Below, piece by piece: positions 34,164-35,675 of a stretch of 35,675 bases of DNA; position 1 is the stretch's first letter, and the number at the start of each line of letters is the position of its first letter. The DNA lies in assembly GCA_051453625.1 (NCBI GenBank), contig JBOZIK010000001.1, positions 16,265,832 through 16,301,506 of the forward strand, in the 5' to 3' direction. The DNA is from Welwitschia mirabilis (taxonomy: Eukaryota). Under the pieces are notes generated by a model, which was given only the letters and a program-made list of their open reading frames with translations, ran no database searches and had not been told where the DNA came from. A program made the translations under genes and the position numbers.

Positions 34164-35675
34164 TTAAGAAATCACAAAATGAGGAGCAATGAAGGCTTAA
34201 CAATATAATTCAATAATTTACTAGCATGTTAGAAACTTACTCCAAATCCTTGGATGATGCTAAAATGTTAAATCAATAACATCAATTCTTAACATCATTC
34301 TCTCATTGTGAAATATATTAGAACAACTTCCATTACACTAAATATTATCCTACCTTACCAACATGTAGATAAATGATCTATGAAAAAGCCTATGCATTTA
34401 ATCAAAGACCTAATACTTGTAAAAATAATAAATAATTTTAGCCATGAAATATGAAATCACAACAAGATTTTATGTCCTTTGTCAATGATATATATAGAAG
34501 CAACAACATTTAGCTTAATAACTTTTAGCCTAATAAATTTCATTCCAATAATTTTTAAATCAAATCTTCCAACTCTAATAAAATTATTCTCTTAGATATC
34601 TAGCTAAGGAATTAAACAAAATTCAAGAGTCTATCAACAAGAATTTGGAGAACCTTATAGGTATTTTTCAAAAAACAATGTTAGAAAATCAAATACCTCA
34701 AGACCCTCTTGTAATCCAAATTATTCCCAACACAAATGATGTTAAAAAGAATTGAAAGATAGTGAAAACAAGTGAACAAGATACCACTTCCAATGAGGTA
34801 GCTTCTATTTCTCCTAACTAAGAGGATAAAACCTTTGATGATGACATAAAAATTCTTAATCAACCTAGCTTTTCTTTACCTGCTAAAGCAAAATCCAACT
34901 ATAACATGATTAATGTAAAAATAAGAAATAAACCTAGAATCTCTTGGTTAAAAATATTAAAGACTAATCCTACCTATGATGACTATATTAAGAAAATTAT
35001 GTAACATGTGATCATCAAATTAACTTTTTGGAAAATATTACAAGATAATCCTAAATAGAACAAAATTTGAAAGGACTTAGTTAAGAGAAAATAAAAAAAT
35101 AATCATATCAAGTAGGATGTCCATTACACAATCCCCTTCTAACTTAATATCATAAAAATGTCCAAAATTAAAAGACCCAAGAGATGCAATACTTAGTGTT
35201 ATCTTATAAGGAAGTAAAACGATCAAAAAAGCACTAATAGACATAGGATCTAGTTTCAATATTATGCCATTTCACATTTGTAAAATGTTTAGATTAGAAA
35301 ACATAATTGAATCAATAAAAATTATGTTGAAACTAGCTAATGCAACTCTTAGAAAATTAAATTGAGTTATTAAGAATCTAGTCATACATGATTGAATCTT
35401 TCTAACATAATGGAGGTACTCTTTACTCTTAGGAAGAATTTTTTGTACAAAAACCCATTATACTATTGAAACATAAACAGGAATAATGGATTACCATGTA
35501 GGGAATAAGAAAATTATGATTAAAGTTTTTAATGTGACTGAAAACGATATGGAAAATGATTCTAATCTTGAGTAACAAATTAAACCCTCCATGCTTATTC
35601 AACATTATCCTATACAAGAAAGGATTTTCACTTTACACAATCCAACTTTATTTAATGATCATGAAGAATGTGAAA
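34164..35675 (+). pseudogene. Element D gag 3' part + protease (continues beyond window)
   Basis: FTSMLETYSKSLDDAK..HCEIY*NNFHYTKYYPTLPT..EKAYAFNQRP, parallel to E's LSTTLEKYTQR..YEICENNSHPTKEYPLLPT..EEVCAFNQR. CPKLKDPR and protease ALIDIGSSFNIMP at 35231-35269. Confidence 0.88.

Overview
Very AT-rich, CpG-depleted plant-type genomic DNA made almost entirely of old, nested, degenerate transposable elements, with four assembly gaps. I found no intact host gene, RNA gene or CRISPR array. Reconstruction by hand (letters are my labels): a Sirevirus-type Ty1/copia element C (+) was hit in its 5' LTR by a related Sirevirus A (-, ~70-10673). A contains an Athila-type LTR fragment F, itself hit by a third Sirevirus B, and the left half reads LTR-gag-protease-(no IN/RT/RH)-env-like-LTR with mismatched LTRs. 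The gag of C was hit by an Athila-like Ty3/gypsy element D (+), and ~715 bp across that junction was later inverted. The gag of D was split by a full-length Athila-like element E (-, 14158-34163, TSD TCAAG/TTAAG). The RNase H region of E was split by an 8.7-kb CACTA/EnSpm transposon (19189-27901, TSD ACA). That CACTA shows no recognisable transposase but carries a decayed Ulp1/C48-like protease gene and an uninterrupted, antisense copy of the host NAC-alpha gene. All calls come from manual translation and alignment, so boundaries marked approximate are uncertain. The most notable items are the cargo-bearing CACTA, the pol-less gag-PR-env Sirevirus, the inversion and the nesting depth. I see no evidence of a currently functional new system.
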